Positions 63,229 through 64,000 of a DNA stretch of 64,000 nucleotides are shown here, piece after piece. The notes beneath the pieces were generated by a model, which had not been told where the DNA came from, made no database searches, and saw only the letters and a list, made by a program, of their open reading frames with translations. Source of the DNA: Malacoraja senta. Taxonomy: Eukaryota. Every line of letters begins with the position of its first letter. The first letter of the stretch is position 1. The translations under genes and the position numbers were made by a program. The stretch is taken from NCBI GenBank assembly GCA_038087875.1, contig CM075987.1, positions 18,538,001 through 18,602,000 on the forward strand. Direction: 5' to 3'.

Positions 63229-63453
63229 AAAACACAAATTGCTGTAGGAGCTCAATGGGTCAGGCAGCAACTGTGGAGAGAATGGAGAGGCAACGTTTCA
63301 GGTCAGGACCCTTATTCAGACTGATTAGTCTGAAGGAACCTGACCCTAAACGTCATCTGTCCCGTCCCTCCACAGATCCTGCCTGACCCACTGAGTTCCT
63401 CCAGCAGTTTGCGTTTTGCTCAAGATTCCAGCATCTGCAGTTCATTGTGTCTC
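63229..63453. mobile_element. Fold-back PLE-derived element of an older subfamily with back-to-back hammerhead-like cores
   Basis: Centre ttcagactgattagtctgaag; arms gggtcaggcagcaactgtggag / ctccacagatcctgcctgaccc. Similar elements at ~25157-25324, 39005-39210 and 56805-56960. Confidence 0.7.
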
Positions 63454-64000
63454 CATTAAATGAAACAGTTTGATGAATGTGGTTAAGTACTATTATAAAG
63501 GCATCACTTGTTTATAGTGTGTTGAATGCCAATTTCTAACATTGGTACCCCTACAATGCAATCCTAATCAGTTTGTAACACATGGATAAATCAGATTTCC
63601 TTTTTATGGAGTGCATGGCAAATCAGTATTCTGCTCAATGTGACAAATGTTAGTTCTTAACTTTGGTGTTTTCAGTGTCTCTTGAATGGGTTTCTGACCA
63701 CATGGTTAACTCTATTACCAGGACAACCCACCTCCGCCTCTGGCCATTATTCTTTGTCTGCTGAAGCTTTCATCCATGCCTGTATTTTCTCCACACTAGA
63801 TGGGTCCTGGCTGGCTTCCCTTCCCACCTTCTACATACATGCACATACGAGCTTATCCATAATCTTGCTGCACACACCAACCATTGCACCATTCTATTGC
63901 TCCTACACTCATTGACTGACATTGCTTCCCATCCATCCAAACCTTCACTTAAAATGTTTCATTTTCAAATTGGCCAAGCCCCTTGGATGATTCCTCAAGT

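Noticed and set aside
456-63915. Remaining short ORFs in the six-frame track
   Set aside because: They are antisense or alternative frames of exons, translations of SINE/LINE/PLE/MITE sequence, or random ORFs, many with non-ATG starts, and have no recognisable domains.

Overview
Eukaryotic (vertebrate) genomic DNA. The repeat content (HE1/V-SINE-like tRNA SINEs with CR1 tails, CR1, Rex1/L2-like and RTE LINE fragments, Penelope-like elements) points to a cartilaginous fish, probably a skate or ray; this is inference. The window holds a complete 10-exon UBAC1 (KPC2) gene on the minus strand: CDS 28014 to 4058, 1200 nt, 399 aa, all introns GT-AG and phase-consistent, with a GC-rich promoter carrying NRF1-like and ZNF143-like motifs. 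Head-to-head with it are the first two coding exons of an XPR1-family SPX-domain phosphate exporter. Its divergence from XPR1 and its position beside UBAC1 suggest a second XPR ohnolog not present in human. A 9,853-bp block containing both XPR exons appears twice, apparently identically, on either side of a 200-N gap (34364-44216 and 44417-54269), almost certainly an assembly false duplication. The most notable non-genic signal is a family of Penelope-like (GIY-YIG) element ends. They carry a minimal hammerhead-ribozyme motif (CTGAAGA-A-GGGTC-TC-GACCC-GAAACGTC), have target-site duplications, and often form fold-back palindromes whose inversion point sits at the ribozyme. CpG-rich MITEs with AGGGCCTGTCCCAC termini are also present. 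Repeat boundaries are approximate unless fixed by TSDs or TIRs.
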